Assembly: GCA_038245295.1 (NCBI GenBank)
Contig: JBBRSP010000044.1
Span: 1 to 35,187, forward strand
Reading direction: 5' to 3'
DNA from: Candidatus Binatia bacterium
GTDB taxonomy: Bacteria > Desulfobacterota > Binatia > HRBIN30
DNA length: 35,187 nt
The notes beneath the pieces were generated by a model. It searched no databases and was not told where the DNA came from. It worked only from the letters and a program-made list of their open reading frames with translations. Position numbers and translations under genes: made by a program. Positions 17,735 through 28,110 of the stretch are shown here, piece by piece (positions within the stretch are counted from its first letter, which is position 1; every line of letters starts with the position of its first letter).

Positions 17735-18682
17735 TCAGCGCGTCAGGATCTCGCGCGCCGCGGTAACGTCGCGGCCGATCTGCTCGATCAGAGCCTCTGG
17801 TCCGGAGAACTTCACTTCGCCGCGCAGTCGGCGGACAAACTCGACATGCATGCGACGGCCATAGATGTCTTCATCGAAGTCGAAGAGATGCACTTCGAGT
17901 GATCGCTGCACTTCCTGGAAGGTTGGGTTCGTACCAATGTTGGCGACTCCCGTGAGGTCACGCCCATCGACGCAACTGTGAACGGCATAAACCCCATCGG
18001 CCGGAAGGGCCAACGAAGCGGCTCTCAGGTTCGCGGTGGGAAACCCGAGAGTGCGTCCACGATGACGGCCGTGCATCACCCGGCTCGACAGCGCGTGCGG
18101 GCGGCCGAGGAGTTTCTCGGCACGCACCAGATCGCCGGCCAACACCGCCTCGCGAACCGCGCTGCTGCTCACCGGCAGGGCGTCGAGACTCACCGGTCCA
18201 ATCACTTCGACATGGATTTTAAATTTGCGCCCAAACTCTTCGAGCAAGGCGACATCGCCGCGCCCGCCGCGCCCGAAGCGGACCCGATGCCCGACAATGA
18301 TGGCGACGGCGCCCAGCCCATCGATCAGCAGCTTACTGACGAAATCTTCGGCTTCGGTATTGGCGAAGTCGCGCGTGAACTTCTGCACGATCACGTTCGG
18401 CACGCCATGGTGCGCGATCAGCGCCGCCCGATCGCGCCAATCGGTGAGCAGCGGCGGCACGTTGGCTGGCGCCAGAATCGCCGCCGGGTGTGGCACGAAG
18501 GTCAGGGCAACCGGCGTCCCGCCGATCACCCGCGCCTGTTCGGCGACACGTCGCAGGATGGCCTGGTGTCCGAGATGAACCCCGTCAAAAACACCCAGCG
18601 TCAGCACCGGCGCCGAGAAGCGCCGGCCGATGCGGCCGAGATGACGATAGACCTTTGCCTTCACGATGGGTGTTACTGACAT
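17735..18682 (-). CDS. ribF: Bifunctional riboflavin kinase/FAD synthetase
   Basis: GVFDGVHLGH, SSS.VR, GRTLGFPTAN, NIGTNPTF, EVHLFDF and RLRGEVKF. Start approximate. Confidence 0.95.
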   Translation of the reverse strand: MSVTPIVKAKVYRHLGRIGRRFSAPVLTLGVFDGVHLGHQAILRRVAEQARVIGGTPVALTFVPHPAAILAPANVPPLLTDWRDRAALIAHHGVPNVIVQKFTRDFANTEAEDFVSKLLIDGLGAVAIIVGHRVRFGRGGRGDVALLEEFGRKFKIHVEVIGPVSLDALPVSSSAVREAVLAGDLVRAEKLLGRPHALSSRVMHGRHRGRTLGFPTANLRAASLALPADGVYAVHSCVDGRDLTGVANIGTNPTFQEVQRSLEVHLFDFDEDIYGRRMHVEFVRRLRGEVKFSGPEALIEQIGRDVTAAREILTR

Positions 18683-18779
18683 AGCGGCGGCCGTGATGCC
18701 ACGGGTGGGGGACGCATGCCGCCGGCGGCCCGGTAGGCGCAAGCTTCAGCTTGCGGCGGATAACGTGAGGACCAGAAGG

Positions 18780-19592
18780 CTACTCCCCAAGCGCCTGCAA
18801 CTTGGACTTGGCGCGCTCAGCTTCTTCCGACTTCGGATGCTCCGCCAGGAGCTTTTTCAGGACCAGCTTGGCGTCGATCGGGTCACCCGAGTCGTTGAAC
18901 GCGTCGGCCAGCATCAACAGCGCCGCCGGCGCCTTGTCGGCTTTGGGGAAACGCAGCATCACGTCGCTGAGCTCGCGGATCGCCTGGTTGTACTGGCGCT
19001 GCGATTGGTAACACGCACCGATCCAGTACTGCGCGTTGTCGGCAAGGTCCGACTTGGGATTACGGCGACCAAAGTCACGCAGCTTGGCACCGGCTTGCGG
19101 GCACTGCCCTTGGCGCACCAGGGCGAGACCTTCCTTGAAGTCCGGGTCGACATGCACATCGCGCAGCGCCGCTTCTTCTTTGTTGAGAGACTCTTCGAGC
19201 GGGCTGGCCGCACGTGCTTGGGGTGCCGGAGCCGGCGGTGGCGGGGCGGCCTCGCCGCCGGCGTCGTCCGGAGGCGGTGTGGCGGCGGCCCCGGGAGCCA
19301 TCGCCAGTCCACGCGATTGTTCGACCGTTTGGATCCGCGCCTCGATGTCGTTCAGCTTCTGCAGCACCTGCGCCGAGGTCACGCCACCACGTGCCGCACC
19401 CTTCTCGCTCATCTCGTTGCGGATGATATCGAGGCGGCGCTTCAGGCCATCAATCGTGACACCCTGGTCGGCCAGCAGATTGCGCACATCGCGCTGCTCT
19501 TTGGCGAGCTTGTCGACCGAACTACGCGTGGCGCATCCGCTCAGAGCCGCCAGAACGGCAACGCCGATGATCCTGAGAAAATGCGTTTTCAC
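18780..19592 (-). CDS. cpoB: Tol-Pal system TPR protein YbgF/CpoB (lipoprotein-type signal)
   Basis: Lipobox LSGC, coiled coil and C-terminal TPRs (ADNAQYWIG, KAPAALL). Lies downstream of pal. Confidence 0.85.
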   Translation of the reverse strand: MKTHFLRIIGVAVLAALSGCATRSSVDKLAKEQRDVRNLLADQGVTIDGLKRRLDIIRNEMSEKGAARGGVTSAQVLQKLNDIEARIQTVEQSRGLAMAPGAAATPPPDDAGGEAAPPPPAPAPQARAASPLEESLNKEEAALRDVHVDPDFKEGLALVRQGQCPQAGAKLRDFGRRNPKSDLADNAQYWIGACYQSQRQYNQAIRELSDVMLRFPKADKAPAALLMLADAFNDSGDPIDAKLVLKKLLAEHPKSEEAERAKSKLQALGE

Positions 19593-19593
19593 G

Positions 19594-20112
19594 TTAGTCC
19601 CCAAGCAAGACGAAGTGATCGCGGCGATTACGCGCCCAGCAATCGTCCGTGTGTTCCGTACACAACGGCAGCTCTTCGCCGTAGCTGATCGTGCTCAACC
19701 GGTCGTTCGGCACACCCAATGTCGCCAGATAGTCCTTGGCGGCGCGAGCCCGCTTGGCACCAAGCGCCAGGTTGTATTCGACCGTGCCACGCTCGTCGCA
19801 GTGGCCTTCGACTTCGACGCGGCCCTTGGTGTTGTCTTTCAACCAGGCCGCGCCTTCACGCAACGAGGCGCGCGCCGCGTCGTCAAGCTCGTAGGAATCA
19901 AATCCGAACGCGAGGTCGCGCAACGGACCATCTTTGGTAGACCCGGGACCGCCACCCTTGCGGGTTGCGTCCAGACTACCGACACTGTCGACAGGTTCGT
20001 CGCCCAAGCCACCGTCTTTACCGGGTTTCGTACCCTTTTTGCTCGGACAGCCGGTCGCAAACAGCGCCACCATCAGCACCAAGCCGCCAACGGACAGCCA
20101 CCGCTTACCCAT
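19594..20112 (-). CDS. pal: Peptidoglycan-associated lipoprotein
   Basis: Lipobox ATGC and OmpA-like domain EGHCDERGTVEYNLALG..RA, SYGEE, NRR. Confidence 0.95.
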   Translation of the reverse strand: MGKRWLSVGGLVLMVALFATGCPSKKGTKPGKDGGLGDEPVDSVGSLDATRKGGGPGSTKDGPLRDLAFGFDSYELDDAARASLREGAAWLKDNTKGRVEVEGHCDERGTVEYNLALGAKRARAAKDYLATLGVPNDRLSTISYGEELPLCTEHTDDCWARNRRDHFVLLGD

Positions 20113-20154
20113 CGTACCCCTCCTCCACTGCAACAAACGCGTTGTAGGAACGCT

Positions 20155-21468
20155 TTAATCGAGCCATCGCGACCACGCAGGCGAGCTATCATCACCGTTT
20201 CCGGTAGTCAATTGAACTTGGCTGATCCCTTGGGCGTCGGAAATCCACAATTTGCGCTTTCCGCCGCGCGTCGAGCTGTAAACCAGGTAACGCCCGTCGG
20301 GTGACCAGCTCGGATCCTCACAGTTGCCCGATGACTGGGTGATCTGCCGTACGTCGGTGCCGTCGGTCTTCACCGTGAAGATATTGAAGCCACTCTCCCA
20401 GCGGCTGACGTAGGCAATGCGATCCCCCTTGGGCGACCAGGACGGCGAGGTATTGTAATCCCCGGTCGTCGTAACCCGCCGCGCCGTGCCGCCTTCGGTG
20501 CCGACCACGTAGATCTGCGGTCCGCCGGAACGGTTCGAGCAAAACGCGAACTGATGGCCGTCGGGCGACCAACTCGGCGACACTTCGATCGACAGATTAT
20601 CGGTGGCGCGCCGCACCAGATCACCGGCGCGATTGATCAGGACGATGTCGGTATTGCCGTCGTTCTCGACCGACAGGGCAATGGTCGAACCGTCGGGCGA
20701 CATTTTGCCGCCGAGGTTGAGGCCGGCCTTCTGCGACAATCGGCTCTCCCGCGACGTCAGCGGATCGAGCAAGTAGAGATCCGGATTGCCACGCTTGTAG
20801 GAGGTGTAGAGAAGCTGGCGCGCGTCGGGACTCCACGACGGCGAAACGTTGATGGTGTTGTTCTTCGTCACCTGCTGCATGTCGCCGCCGTCGAGGCTCA
20901 TGACGTAGACTTCCTTGAAGCGCCCCTCGCGGTTCGACAGGAAGGTGATGCGCGAATCGAACGGACCGCGCTCGCCGGTGAACTGCTGCATGATCTCGTC
21001 GGCGAAGCGATGCGCCATGCGCCGCACCAGATCGACCGAGCCGCGGTAACGCCGGCCGGTGAGCTGCTTGCGCTGGTAGACGTCGAACATCTTCGCCTCG
21101 ATGACGAGATTGTCGCCCTCGAGGGAAAAGCCGCCCTTCACCAGCGCCGCCGCACCAATCACCGACCAGTTGTCGAAGTTCGTTTCCTCGACCGTCAGGC
21201 CGGATGTTTCCGGCTTCTCGATATAGGCGGAGCGATCAAGCACCTTGAAGAAACCCGACAAGGTGAGATCTCGCGCCACGATATCAGCAAACTTGGTGGC
21301 AACGTCCTTGGTGGCTCCGCCGTCGAGATTCTTGAGCGGCGCAATCGCAATCGGGTAGCTGCGCGAGCCCGGATCGAGCACCTGCAGATGCACCTGAGCA
21401 CTGGCCAACCGCGGCGGGGCGACGGCGAGGATCAGGAGAAGTAGTAATCGGTTCCAGCGCGCGGTCAT
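20155..21468 (-). CDS. tolB: Tol-Pal beta-propeller protein TolB
   Basis: Signal peptide, TolB N-domain (DLTLSGFF, AHRFADEI) and repeated PSWSPDG PD40 motifs. Confidence 0.95.
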   Translation of the reverse strand: MTARWNRLLLLLILAVAPPRLASAQVHLQVLDPGSRSYPIAIAPLKNLDGGATKDVATKFADIVARDLTLSGFFKVLDRSAYIEKPETSGLTVEETNFDNWSVIGAAALVKGGFSLEGDNLVIEAKMFDVYQRKQLTGRRYRGSVDLVRRMAHRFADEIMQQFTGERGPFDSRITFLSNREGRFKEVYVMSLDGGDMQQVTKNNTINVSPSWSPDARQLLYTSYKRGNPDLYLLDPLTSRESRLSQKAGLNLGGKMSPDGSTIALSVENDGNTDIVLINRAGDLVRRATDNLSIEVSPSWSPDGHQFAFCSNRSGGPQIYVVGTEGGTARRVTTTGDYNTSPSWSPKGDRIAYVSRWESGFNIFTVKTDGTDVRQITQSSGNCEDPSWSPDGRYLVYSSTRGGKRKLWISDAQGISQVQLTTGNGDDSSPAWSRWLD

Positions 21469-21483
21469 TCTTCCTCCAAGCAA

Positions 21484-22683
21484 CTACCGTTGTAGTTTCT
21501 TTCCAAGATCCATCAAGAAGCCTTCTTCAGAGAAGAGCTTCAGATGCTTCTCCGGCGGCGGCGGCACCGGATTGATTCCCCGCACGGCGCGCTCGACCGA
21601 GGCGTCGAACGCCTTGTCACCGCTCGATCGCGCCAGATGAATGTCGAAGACCTCGCCGGTTTCCGAAACCTTGAACGAAACCGCCGCGCTCAGGTCTTCG
21701 TTGCCGGCCCAATGCCAGGCTTCGCGGGCGCGATCCTGCAGCAAACGCGTATAGAGGATGAAGTCGGGATCCGCCTGCAGGCCACCGGCACCCGCCCCCG
21801 GACCCATCGAAATCGCCCCGCCGGGCCGTTCGCCAGGATGGTTGCCCTCGCTGCCGCCCGCAACGCCTTCCTGCGTTTGCTGCTCCTTGCGTTTGACCGC
21901 GTTCATGATCTTGGCGTCGATGTCACGCGCCTCGGCTTCGCGCTTCTGATCTTCGGCGGCATGCTTCTTTTCTTCGGCTTGCGCCTTCTGCCGCGCCAGC
22001 TCGACCGCCTTCTTGAGCTGATCCGCCTCGGCCTGCTTCTTGGCCTCTTCGGCGGCCTGCTTCTTTTCCAGCTCCTCGGCCTTCTTGGCCGCGGCGATCT
22101 CCGACTTGGTCATCGTCGGCGTCTTCTTCGGGGCCGGCGTCGGCGTCTTCACGATCACCGTTGGCGTGGCGCGTTTGGTTGGCTCGGCCTTCGCTGCCGG
22201 CGGCGCTGTTGCTGTCGCCGCCGAACGCGCTGTGGCCGTGGCAGCCAGGCGCGGCGTCGCCGTGAATGTCGCCGGGGCATTCACTTTCAGAGCATTCGGA
22301 TCGTCGGGCTCCGCGTCGGGTACGACCGGCACCACAGGCTCGGCCTTGGCAACTTCCTTTGGCTTCTCCTCTGGAGGCGGTGGCGGCGGTGGAGGGGGCA
22401 CCTTCTCTTCCGGCGGCGGCGCTTTCTTCTCCTGCGCTAGTGGTGGGGCATCGACCTTACCCTTGCTGCCGGCGACCAGGTTGGTTCCACCCAGCTTGTT
22501 GGGATCGACGAGATCAACCGTATACGAGACGAGCGGCGGAGACGGCTGCACGAACAGGTTCTGCGGCAGCAGCAGGACGACGACGAGAACGCCGACGTGC
22601 AATGCGGCGGACAATAAAACCGTCCACCATAGGCCGCGTTCCCATTCGCCCTTGTAGATTTCGATCGGTGGCTTGCGGTCCAT
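21484..22683 (-). CDS. tolA: TolA / TonB-C family envelope protein
   Basis: N-terminal TM with SxxxH (SAALH), Pro-rich and KEA helical linkers, C-terminal RSSG..FD..V.RAV. Sits between tolR and tolB. Confidence 0.85.
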   Translation of the reverse strand: MDRKPPIEIYKGEWERGLWWTVLLSAALHVGVLVVVLLLPQNLFVQPSPPLVSYTVDLVDPNKLGGTNLVAGSKGKVDAPPLAQEKKAPPPEEKVPPPPPPPPPEEKPKEVAKAEPVVPVVPDAEPDDPNALKVNAPATFTATPRLAATATARSAATATAPPAAKAEPTKRATPTVIVKTPTPAPKKTPTMTKSEIAAAKKAEELEKKQAAEEAKKQAEADQLKKAVELARQKAQAEEKKHAAEDQKREAEARDIDAKIMNAVKRKEQQTQEGVAGGSEGNHPGERPGGAISMGPGAGAGGLQADPDFILYTRLLQDRAREAWHWAGNEDLSAAVSFKVSETGEVFDIHLARSSGDKAFDASVERAVRGINPVPPPPEKHLKLFSEEGFLMDLGKKLQR

Positions 22684-22721
22684 GTTACGGGCGCTTCGGT
22701 TCTAAGTGCAGCACTCGGGAG

Positions 22722-22829
22722 CAATGGACAACGGACCACCCAGAACCGACAGCCGACAATGAACAGCTGGATCGCGCTCCATTGATTGGTTGTCCGTTGT
22801 CAGTTCTGGGTTGTCGGTTTTCCATTGTT
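22722..22829. repeat. Heptamer-repeat inverted hairpin inside the tol operon
   Basis: aatggacaacggaccacccagaaccgacagccgacaa pairs with ttgtccgttgtcagttctgggttgtcggttttccatt, with 7-bp periodicity (GACAACG-like). Confidence 0.75.
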
Positions 22830-22864
22830 TCCGGCAGCCGGCCGGGCTGGGAAGAGTCGCTTCA

Positions 22865-23305
22865 TCACCCCTTGGGGGCAGAGGGAGCGGAATCCTTGGG
22901 CGGCTCGGTGACCATGCCGACCCGCTCGATGCCGGCCGCTTTGATGGCGGCGATCAGGCGCATCACTTCGCCGTAACGCACATCCTGATCGGCGCGCACG
23001 AACACCTGCTTGTCCGGCTTCAGCTTGAAGATCGCCTGCAGCTTCGGCGCGATCTCGTCGACCTTCATCAACGTGTCGTTGAGATAGAGCTGGCCGGCCT
23101 TGTTGATCGACAACACGAGTTGTTGATCGTCGCCGGTGAGCGCCGCGGACTTCACCTTCGGCAGGTTGAGGCTGACCCCCTGCTGCAGGATCGGCGCGGT
23201 CACCATGAAGATGACCAGCAGCACGAGCATGACGTCGACCAGCGGCGTCACGTTGATGTTGGAGATCGTGCCGCCGCTGTCGCCAGATTGATCGTCAAAG
23301 GCCAT
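22865..23305 (-). CDS. tolR: TolR
   Basis: INVTPLVDVMLVLLVIFMVTAP and RADQDVRYG. Confidence 0.95.
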   Translation of the reverse strand: MAFDDQSGDSGGTISNINVTPLVDVMLVLLVIFMVTAPILQQGVSLNLPKVKSAALTGDDQQLVLSINKAGQLYLNDTLMKVDEIAPKLQAIFKLKPDKQVFVRADQDVRYGEVMRLIAAIKAAGIERVGMVTEPPKDSAPSAPKG

Positions 23306-23311
23306 AGACGC

Positions 23312-24052
23312 TTACTTGAGGAAGTGACGCTCGGCGATGTTGAGGAATTCGGAAGAGAAGTTCTCCATGTCCGCGTGCAGCACACGAATCTGGCGCGCGA
23401 AATGGTTGAAGGCGATGACCGCCGGGATCGCCGCGACGAGGCCGGTCGCCGTCGCGATCAATGCTTCGGCGATGCCGGGAGCCACGGCCTGGATACTCGA
23501 CGACTGTGTCGTACTCAGACCACGAAAGGCATTCATGATGCCCCACACGGTGCCGAACAAGCCGATGAACGGCGTCGCACTGGCGGTTGTGGCGAGGAAG
23601 GTCAGGGCGCGTTCGAGCTTGGTGACTTCCTGGCGAATGGCGCGTTTGATGGCGCGTTCGACGTTCTCGACACCACCAAGATCCGTGTCTTCATTGTCAC
23701 CCGTAGCTGGACCGGCTTGCCGGCGCGAGCGTGTCAGCCGCACGAGCTCCTGGTACCCGGACCGGAACACCTGGGCCACCGGGCTGTCGCGCAGCTCCTG
23801 ACTGGCCGTATGGATCTGCGTCAGATTCTTCGTATCCCAAAAGATTTCGATGAAGCGCGCCGATTGTTTGCGCGCCACGCTGAGCTGTCGCAGCTTGTAG
23901 AAAATAACTCCCCAACTGACGATCGAGCTGAGGATCAGAATGTACAACACGCCCTGGACGACAAGCCCGGAGCCCGACACCATCGACAAGATGCCTTCGT
24001 GTTGTTGGAGCGTGCCCTCTGTTTGTGCCAGCGCAGTGGACACGAAATTCAT
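23312..24052 (-). CDS. tolQ: TolQ
   Basis: FLATTASATPFIGLFGTVWGIMNAF and VAPGIAEALIATATGL. Start 24052 or 24058. Confidence 0.95.
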   Translation of the reverse strand: MNFVSTALAQTEGTLQQHEGILSMVSGSGLVVQGVLYILILSSIVSWGVIFYKLRQLSVARKQSARFIEIFWDTKNLTQIHTASQELRDSPVAQVFRSGYQELVRLTRSRRQAGPATGDNEDTDLGGVENVERAIKRAIRQEVTKLERALTFLATTASATPFIGLFGTVWGIMNAFRGLSTTQSSSIQAVAPGIAEALIATATGLVAAIPAVIAFNHFARQIRVLHADMENFSSEFLNIAERHFLK

Positions 24053-24337
24053 CGACATACCTCGACCCTTCCACCACCCCATGCCCGACTCGCCTAGATA
24101 CGCGTCGGACCAAGCTCGACGACTACCGGAGCAACCTCGCGTAGTCAACGCGCGAAGATGTACCCATACTTCCTATTCCCTCCCATACTTCCCAAGCCCC
24201 GAGCGAGAGACGCACCGGCAAACCACAACGCGGAGCCCCACCAACCGCAGCCAAGCCCCGCCACATCCTTGACTGCCCAGAACGATCATGTTTTAGGCGA
24301 CCCTTTCAACCGCCGACATTTTCTTCAAGGAGATCAG

Positions 24338-25342
24338 ATGGGCATCAAGATCGGAATCAACGGTTTTGGGCGTATCGGGCGCAATGTGTTCCGCGCCAAT
24401 GCGCTGGGGGCCGACTTCGACGTCGTCGCCGTCAACGACATCACCAATGCCGCCATGCTGGCGCACCTGCTGAAGTACGACTCGGTACACGGGCGCCTCG
24501 ACGAAGACGTGAAGGCCGACGGCGATTCCTTGATTGTCGGAAGTAGGAAAGTCCGCGTGCTCAGCGAACGCGACCCGGCGAAGCTCCCGTGGAAGGATCT
24601 CGGCGTCGATATCGTCCTCGAGTGCAGCGGCCTGTTCACCGACCGCGACAAGGCGGCACTGCATCTGACCGCCGGCGCCAAGAAGGTGATCATCTCGGCT
24701 CCCGCCAAAGGCGCCGATCTGACCGTCTGCTTCGGCGTCAACCACACGACCTACGACAAAGACAAACACCACGTGTTGTCGAATGCCTCGTGCACGACCA
24801 ACTGCCTGGCCCCCGTCGCTAAGGTTCTGCACGAGAGTTTCGGGATCAAACGTGGCCTGATGACAACCGTGCACGCCTACACCAACGATCAGCGTATTCT
24901 CGATCTTCCACACGAAGACCTGCGCCGCGCCCGCGCCGCCGGCTTGTCGATGATTCCGACCACCACCGGCGCCGCACGCGCCGTCGGCGAGGTGCTGCCC
25001 GAGCTCAAGGGCAAACTCGACGGCATGGCCATCCGCGTCCCAACCCCGAACGTTTCCGTGGTCGACCTCTCGGCCGAGCTCAACAAGAAGACGACCGAAA
25101 AGGAAATCAACGCCGCCATCAAGGCCGCCTCCGAAGGCGCGCTAAAGGGCGTGCTCGGCTACACCGAAGAGCAGTTGGTTTCGATCGACTTCAACGGCAA
25201 CGGCCACTCGTCGATCTTCGATGCGCCGAGCACCAAGGTAATGGACGGCGACTTCATCAAGGTCCTATCGTGGTACGATAACGAATGGGGCTTCTCGAAG
25301 CGCATGGGCGACGTGACGCGTTACATCGCCAAGTCTCTCTGA
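24338..25342 (+). CDS. gap: Glyceraldehyde-3-phosphate dehydrogenase type I
   Basis: [18 protein letters not shown] and WYDNEWG. RBS aaggag before ATG 24338. Confidence 0.98.
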   Translation: MGIKIGINGFGRIGRNVFRANALGADFDVVAVNDITNAAMLAHLLKYDSVHGRLDEDVKADGDSLIVGSRKVRVLSERDPAKLPWKDLGVDIVLECSGLFTDRDKAALHLTAGAKKVIISAPAKGADLTVCFGVNHTTYDKDKHHVLSNASCTTNCLAPVAKVLHESFGIKRGLMTTVHAYTNDQRILDLPHEDLRRARAAGLSMIPTTTGAARAVGEVLPELKGKLDGMAIRVPTPNVSVVDLSAELNKKTTEKEINAAIKAASEGALKGVLGYTEEQLVSIDFNGNGHSSIFDAPSTKVMDGDFIKVLSWYDNEWGFSKRMGDVTRYIAKSL

Positions 25343-25362
25343 ACACATGGCTACACACGCAC

Positions 25363-25516
25363 GTCGTCCCGGCGAAGGCCGGGATTCAGTGCTGGAATCG
25401 AAACGCCGCATACGCTCCCTCTCCCGCATTGGACGGAACCATCGATGGCGGGAGAGGGTCGGGGTGAGGGTGATACGATTCCACTACTGGATACCGGCGT
25501 TCGTCGGCATGACGAC
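25363..25516. repeat. Nested REP: GTC..CCGGCGAAGGCCGG outer pair enclosing a CCCTC unit
   Basis: gtcgtcccggcgaaggccgggattcagt ... actggataccggcgttcgtcggcatgacgac, with inner gctccctctcccgc...gcgggagagggtcggggtgagggtg (25414-25472). Confidence 0.85.
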
Positions 25517-25570
25517 CACCGGTTCGGGGACAATCGAAGGCCTCATCCGAACGACGGGCCCTGGATCCAG

Positions 25571-26743
25571 ATGAGAACCATCGACCAACTCTCACTTTCA
25601 AACAAACGCGTCTTCATCCGCGTCGACTTCAACGTCCCGCTGAAGAACGGCGCCGTCGCCGACACCACCCGCATCACCGCCGCCCTGCCGACCATCGAGC
25701 ATGCTCGCCAGCACGGCGCGCGCATCATCCTCGCGTCGCATCTCGGACGCCCCAAGGGAAAGGTGAATCCAGAGTACTCCCTGGCTCCGGTGGCAAAGAA
25801 GCTCTCGGAGATACTCGGAGCGCCGGTCGCTCTGGCACCCGACTGCATCGGCACCGCGGTCGAAGCACAGGTCGAGGCGCTCAAGAGCGGCGAGGTCCTA
25901 CTCCTCGAGAACCTGCGTTTCCATGCCGAGGAGGAAGCCAACGAAGAGGGCTTCTCGAAAGCCTTGGCGCGCCTCGCCGATGTCTACATCAACGATGCCT
26001 TCGGCACGGCGCATCGCGCCCACGCCTCGACCGCCGGCATGGTCCCGTTCGTCAAAGAACGCGCCGCCGGCTTCCTGCTGCAGCGCGAGTGCGAATATCT
26101 CGGCAAAGTCGTCGGCGCGCCGGCACGCCCGCTGATCGCCATTCTCGGCGGCGCCAAGGTGTCGGACAAAACCGCCGTCATCGACAATCTCATGAACACC
26201 GTCGACGCCCTGCTGATCGGCGGCGCCATGGCCTATACATTTTTGAAGGCGCAGGGCATCGCGGTCGGTAATTCGCTGGTCGAACCCGATCGCCTCGAAA
26301 CCGCGGCGCGTCTGCTCGATGTCGCCAAGAAGGCCGGCAAGGAGATCCTGCTGCCGGTCGACCATCGCGTCTCGACCTCGATCAAAGGTGACGCCCCCGT
26401 GCAGATCGTCGGCCAGGCGATCCCCGACGGCATGCTCGGCGTCGACATCGGCCCGGCCACCGAGAAACTCTTCGCTGCCGCAGTCGCCAAGGCAAAGACG
26501 GTTTTCTGGAATGGCCCGATGGGAATCTTCGAAGTCGAGCCATTCAGCCACGGCACCATGGCGATGGTCGATGCCCTGGTTGCGAGCCAAGCCCTGACCA
26601 TCGTCGGCGGCGGCGACTCCGTGGCGGCAGTCATGCAGTCGGGCAAGAGTGGAAAGATCACCCACATCTCAACCGGCGGCGGCGCTTCGCTGGAGTTCCT
26701 CGAAGGCCGCGAGCTACCGGGAGTCGAGGCGTTGCGCTCTTGA
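25571..26743 (+). CDS. pgk: Phosphoglycerate kinase
   Basis: [41 protein letters not shown] and [13 protein letters not shown]. Confidence 0.98.
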   Translation: MRTIDQLSLSNKRVFIRVDFNVPLKNGAVADTTRITAALPTIEHARQHGARIILASHLGRPKGKVNPEYSLAPVAKKLSEILGAPVALAPDCIGTAVEAQVEALKSGEVLLLENLRFHAEEEANEEGFSKALARLADVYINDAFGTAHRAHASTAGMVPFVKERAAGFLLQRECEYLGKVVGAPARPLIAILGGAKVSDKTAVIDNLMNTVDALLIGGAMAYTFLKAQGIAVGNSLVEPDRLETAARLLDVAKKAGKEILLPVDHRVSTSIKGDAPVQIVGQAIPDGMLGVDIGPATEKLFAAAVAKAKTVFWNGPMGIFEVEPFSHGTMAMVDALVASQALTIVGGGDSVAAVMQSGKSGKITHISTGGGASLEFLEGRELPGVEALRS

Positions 26744-26760
26744 TGAGCGCAACGCCTCGA

Positions 26761-26837
26761 AGGCTTAGGCAAGGGCTGAGGCTGAGATTGAGAGCCAACC
26801 GTTACCCGAGCCTGAGCCTACGCCCTTGCCTAAGCCT
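26761..26837. repeat. Solo AGGCTG/CAGCCT hexamer-repeat hairpin
   Basis: aggcttaggcaagggctgaggctgag ... cctgagcctacgcccttgcctaagcct, with a perfect outer 16-bp inverted repeat. Same family as the arms flanking the four-helix-bundle genes. Confidence 0.85.
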
Positions 26838-26858
26838 CCCAAAGAAGAGGAACCCAAG

Positions 26859-27617
26859 ATGAAACGCACCCCACTAATCGCCGGCAACTGGAAGATGCAC
26901 TGCACACGCGCCGAGGCCGCGGCCCTCGCCGAGGGCGTCAAGGCGGCCGTCGGTGGCGTGTCGGATCGCCAGGTGCTGTTTGGCCCGCCCTACACGGCCC
27001 TGGAGACGGTCGCCAAGATCATCGCCGGCACGCCGCTGTTGCTGGCCGGGCAGAACCTGCACTGGGAGCCGAAGGGCGCGTATACCGGTGAGGTCACCGG
27101 CGTCATGTTGAAGGATGTCGGCTGCACGCATGTGATCATTGGTCACTCGGAGCGCCGGCAATACTTCGGCGAGACCGACGAGACGGTGGCCAAGCGGACC
27201 GTGGCGGCGCAGGGCGCCGGACTGATTCCGATTGTTTGTGTGGGCGAGACCTTACAGCAGCGCGAAGCGAACGAGACGATAGCGGTTGTCGGGGAGCAGC
27301 TGCGTCGCGGGTTGCTCGCCCAAAAAGGCGCTGCTATTGCCGCGCTAGTTGTGGCGTACGAGCCCGTGTGGGCCATTGGCACGGGCAAGGTTGCCACACC
27401 CGAGCAAGCGCAGGAAGTGCATGCCTTTATCCGTCGGACGCTGGCGGAGATAGGCGGGCAAGAAGCAGCCGACGGCTGCCGGGTGTTGTACGGCGGCAGC
27501 GTCAAGCCTGACAATGTGGATGAGCTGATGCGTCAGCCGGACATTGACGGAGCGCTGGTGGGTGGTGCGAGCTTGCAGGTTGAGTCGTTTGTGCGCATAG
27601 CGAAGTTCGAAGCGTAA
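26859..27617 (+). CDS. tpiA: Triosephosphate isomerase
   Basis: AGNWKM, GHSERR, AYEPVWAIGTG, YGGSVK and GALVGGASL. Confidence 0.98.
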   Translation: MKRTPLIAGNWKMHCTRAEAAALAEGVKAAVGGVSDRQVLFGPPYTALETVAKIIAGTPLLLAGQNLHWEPKGAYTGEVTGVMLKDVGCTHVIIGHSERRQYFGETDETVAKRTVAAQGAGLIPIVCVGETLQQREANETIAVVGEQLRRGLLAQKGAAIAALVVAYEPVWAIGTGKVATPEQAQEVHAFIRRTLAEIGGQEAADGCRVLYGGSVKPDNVDELMRQPDIDGALVGGASLQVESFVRIAKFEA

Positions 27618-27626
27618 GAGGTCCGC

Positions 27627-28064
27627 ATGTACGTAGTTATCGTCACCATTCACGTGATCGCCTGCCTGCTCCTGATCGGCGTGGTGCTCCTGCAGCAGGG
27701 CCGCGGCGCCGACATGGGCGCGGTCTTCGGCGGCGGCAGCAGCCAGACCGTTTTCGGCGCCAGCGGCGCCGGCAACTTCCTGACCCGCCTCACAACCGGC
27801 CTGGCTGTCACGTTCATGATTACATCGTTGACCCTGACGGCGATGTCCGGCCGCCGCATGAGCGCCACCGTGTTTGATGATGCCCCGCCGATCGAAGCCC
27901 CGGCCCCAGCCGGCGGCGCCCCAGCGGGAGCCCCCGAAGCAGCAGTTCCAGCGGCACCAGAAGCGGCAGCCCCGGCAGCACCGGAAGCAGCCGCTCCGGC
28001 GCCACAACCACAAGCAGCAGCTCCGGAAGCAGCGGCCCCAGCCGAAGCCCCGGCCCAGAACTGA
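27627..28064 (+). CDS. secG: Preprotein translocase subunit SecG with Ala/Pro-rich tail
   Basis: VLLQQGRGADMGAVFGGG and NFLTRLT. Conserved tpiA-secG-tRNA-Leu order. Confidence 0.95.
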   Translation: MYVVIVTIHVIACLLLIGVVLLQQGRGADMGAVFGGGSSQTVFGASGAGNFLTRLTTGLAVTFMITSLTLTAMSGRRMSATVFDDAPPIEAPAPAGGAPAGAPEAAVPAAPEAAAPAAPEAAAPAPQPQAAAPEAAAPAEAPAQN

Positions 28065-28110
28065 TCCCCAGGACCCGGAGGCGGATCCAGAAGAGCTGAC
28101 AGAGTTTCAA

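Noticed and set aside
27880..28060. Tandem repeats in the secG tail, the RRM Gly tail, TolA and the Kelch Thr/Pro linker
   Set aside because: Ordinary low-complexity coding linkers.
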